Of a DNA stretch of 36,691 bases, positions 35,629 to 36,691 are shown piece by piece. Source of the stretch: a virus (Duplodnaviria > Caudoviricetes). The position numbers and the translations under genes were made by a program. Numbering within the stretch: the first letter of the stretch is position 1; every line of letters begins with the position of its first letter. The notes under the pieces are model-generated. The model was not told the origin of the DNA, did no database searches, and saw nothing but the letters and a program-made list of their open reading frames with translations. Location of the stretch: the IMG/VR virus record IMGVR_UViG_3300037602_000179, positions 1 through 36,691 of that record, one strand, 5' to 3'.

Positions 35629-36691
35629 CTATTTAACGTTGCGCTGTTTTTGTAGATGTTCAGTGACGCAGAGTCTTATTTTATTGTAACCTTGGCGATT
35701 AGGGTGACCATCCATTGGCAGGTAATCATGGCTTGTAATCGAGCACCAGCTAAAGGGAATTGAATGATTTTTCAATAATTTTTCTGTTTCAAGTGAATCG
35801 TGATTTTTGGCTGAGAGTGCAGCCTCATCTCTTTGGGGAACCAAGATGACACTCAGCTTGTTATCTGTTCTTTTCAAAAATTTTATGGCGTTATTGGCAT
35901 CACTATTTAAAGAGATAGGTGATGAATTTTTAGAGTCAAAAGACGAATAAGCCAAAGCAACAAATTTATAACTATAAGAGATATGCATTAAAGCTTCGTG
36001 GAGCCGTGCAAATCTCGAGTGATTTTTAAAGCGAATATTGGATCGATCGATTGAGCGCTCAATAATGCTATCTTCGCTTTCGTTGTTTAGTAGTGGCAGC
36101 CAATATTCTGAGCCCGAGCAATTATAGTTATTCATACAATCCAACTGATGAGAAGACCAATTATGTGTTCTTCTTTTAAAATCATTTGATATTGCAATAA
36201 TTACAATTTTTTCAAAATTAAAGTCTTTTGATAAAAGGTGTCGAGTAAGAAGTTCCCATTGAAGTAGTCCATAACCCTGTAAGCCGCCATTAATAAGGGG
36301 GGTGGAGAAGTTATTTTCAAGTTCAGGGAACCAGGGGCACCCTCCTTGTCCTTCGGTAAAACTGTCTCCTAAAATTAGAACTGAATTATCTTCAGGTTTA
36401 ATGTTTCTTTTTTGAACAAACCCCAAATTATTCGTTTTATATTTACAGTTATATTCAATGTGATGATTTAAGAAGGGAAGTTTAGAAAGCTTTCCTGGAA
36501 AGCCATAAGTTGCAAGGGATGAGATTTGTCTATCAGGCTTGTAAGCCCAAATTCCTTTGGAGATATTTTGAAAAGCATCTTGAGAAGCAAATAAATATCG
36601 ATGCTGCCAGTAATATAGCGGGTCAGAAGTCATGAGCCGAAGACTAGTCTCAATGCCCAAGAAACTTATGATAAGTAAATATATGAAGTAC
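35629..36691 (-). CDS. SGNH/GDSL hydrolase-like membrane-anchored protein (5' end beyond window)
   Basis: LGDSFTEG, NGG..GYG, ND and DGHPN..GY blocks. The frame stays open to base 36691 through a hydrophobic YFIYLLIISFLG segment. Confidence 0.8.
   Translation of the reverse strand, partial: YFIYLLIISFLGIETSLRLMTSDPLYYWQHRYLFASQDAFQNISKGIWAYKPDRQISSLATYGFPGKLSKLPFLNHHIEYNCKYKTNNLGFVQKRNIKPEDNSVLILGDSFTEGQGGCPWFPELENNFSTPLINGGLQGYGLLQWELLTRHLLSKDFNFEKIVIIAISNDFKRRTHNWSSHQLDCMNNYNCSGSEYWLPLLNNESEDSIIERSIDRSNIRFKNHSRFARLHEALMHISYSYKFVALAYSSFDSKNSSPISLNSDANNAIKFLKRTDNKLSVILVPQRDEAALSAKNHDSLETEKLLKNHSIPFSWCSITSHDYLPMDGHPNRQGYNKIRLCVTEHLQKQRNVK

Overview
The window has three parts. (1) 1-19625 is the right end of a prophage with a Mu-like contractile-tail baseplate. 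It carries an unusually long cluster of paralogous tail-fibre-like genes, a 1000-aa LamG/EAR-like-propeller protein, a lysis region, small regulatory and accessory genes (XRE HTH, adenine methyltransferase, WYL-like) and a tyrosine integrase. It ends at a duplicated 3' half of tRNA-Arg(TCT), the att core. A frameshifted AlpA/Xis relic and an extra arm-type repeat just beyond the att suggest a second, decayed element in tandem. (2) About 20.5-28.4 kb is a five-gene cluster: TIR-TM-WD40, double SLATT-like membrane protein, TIR-TM-14xWD40, patatin phospholipase and stand-alone SLOG protein. This is the best candidate for an undescribed immune or signalling system with Toll-like-receptor-like topology. 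(3) About 29.2-36.7 kb is an AT-rich surface-polysaccharide locus (manC with an in-frame amber stop near its start, wzm, wzt, GT4, FkbM-type methyltransferase), then a DUF2793-C1q gene and an SGNH-like gene cut by the window edge. The host looks alphaproteobacterial (inference from the XRE, DUF2793 and tRNA sequence style). All domain calls are motif recognition by eye, not database searches.
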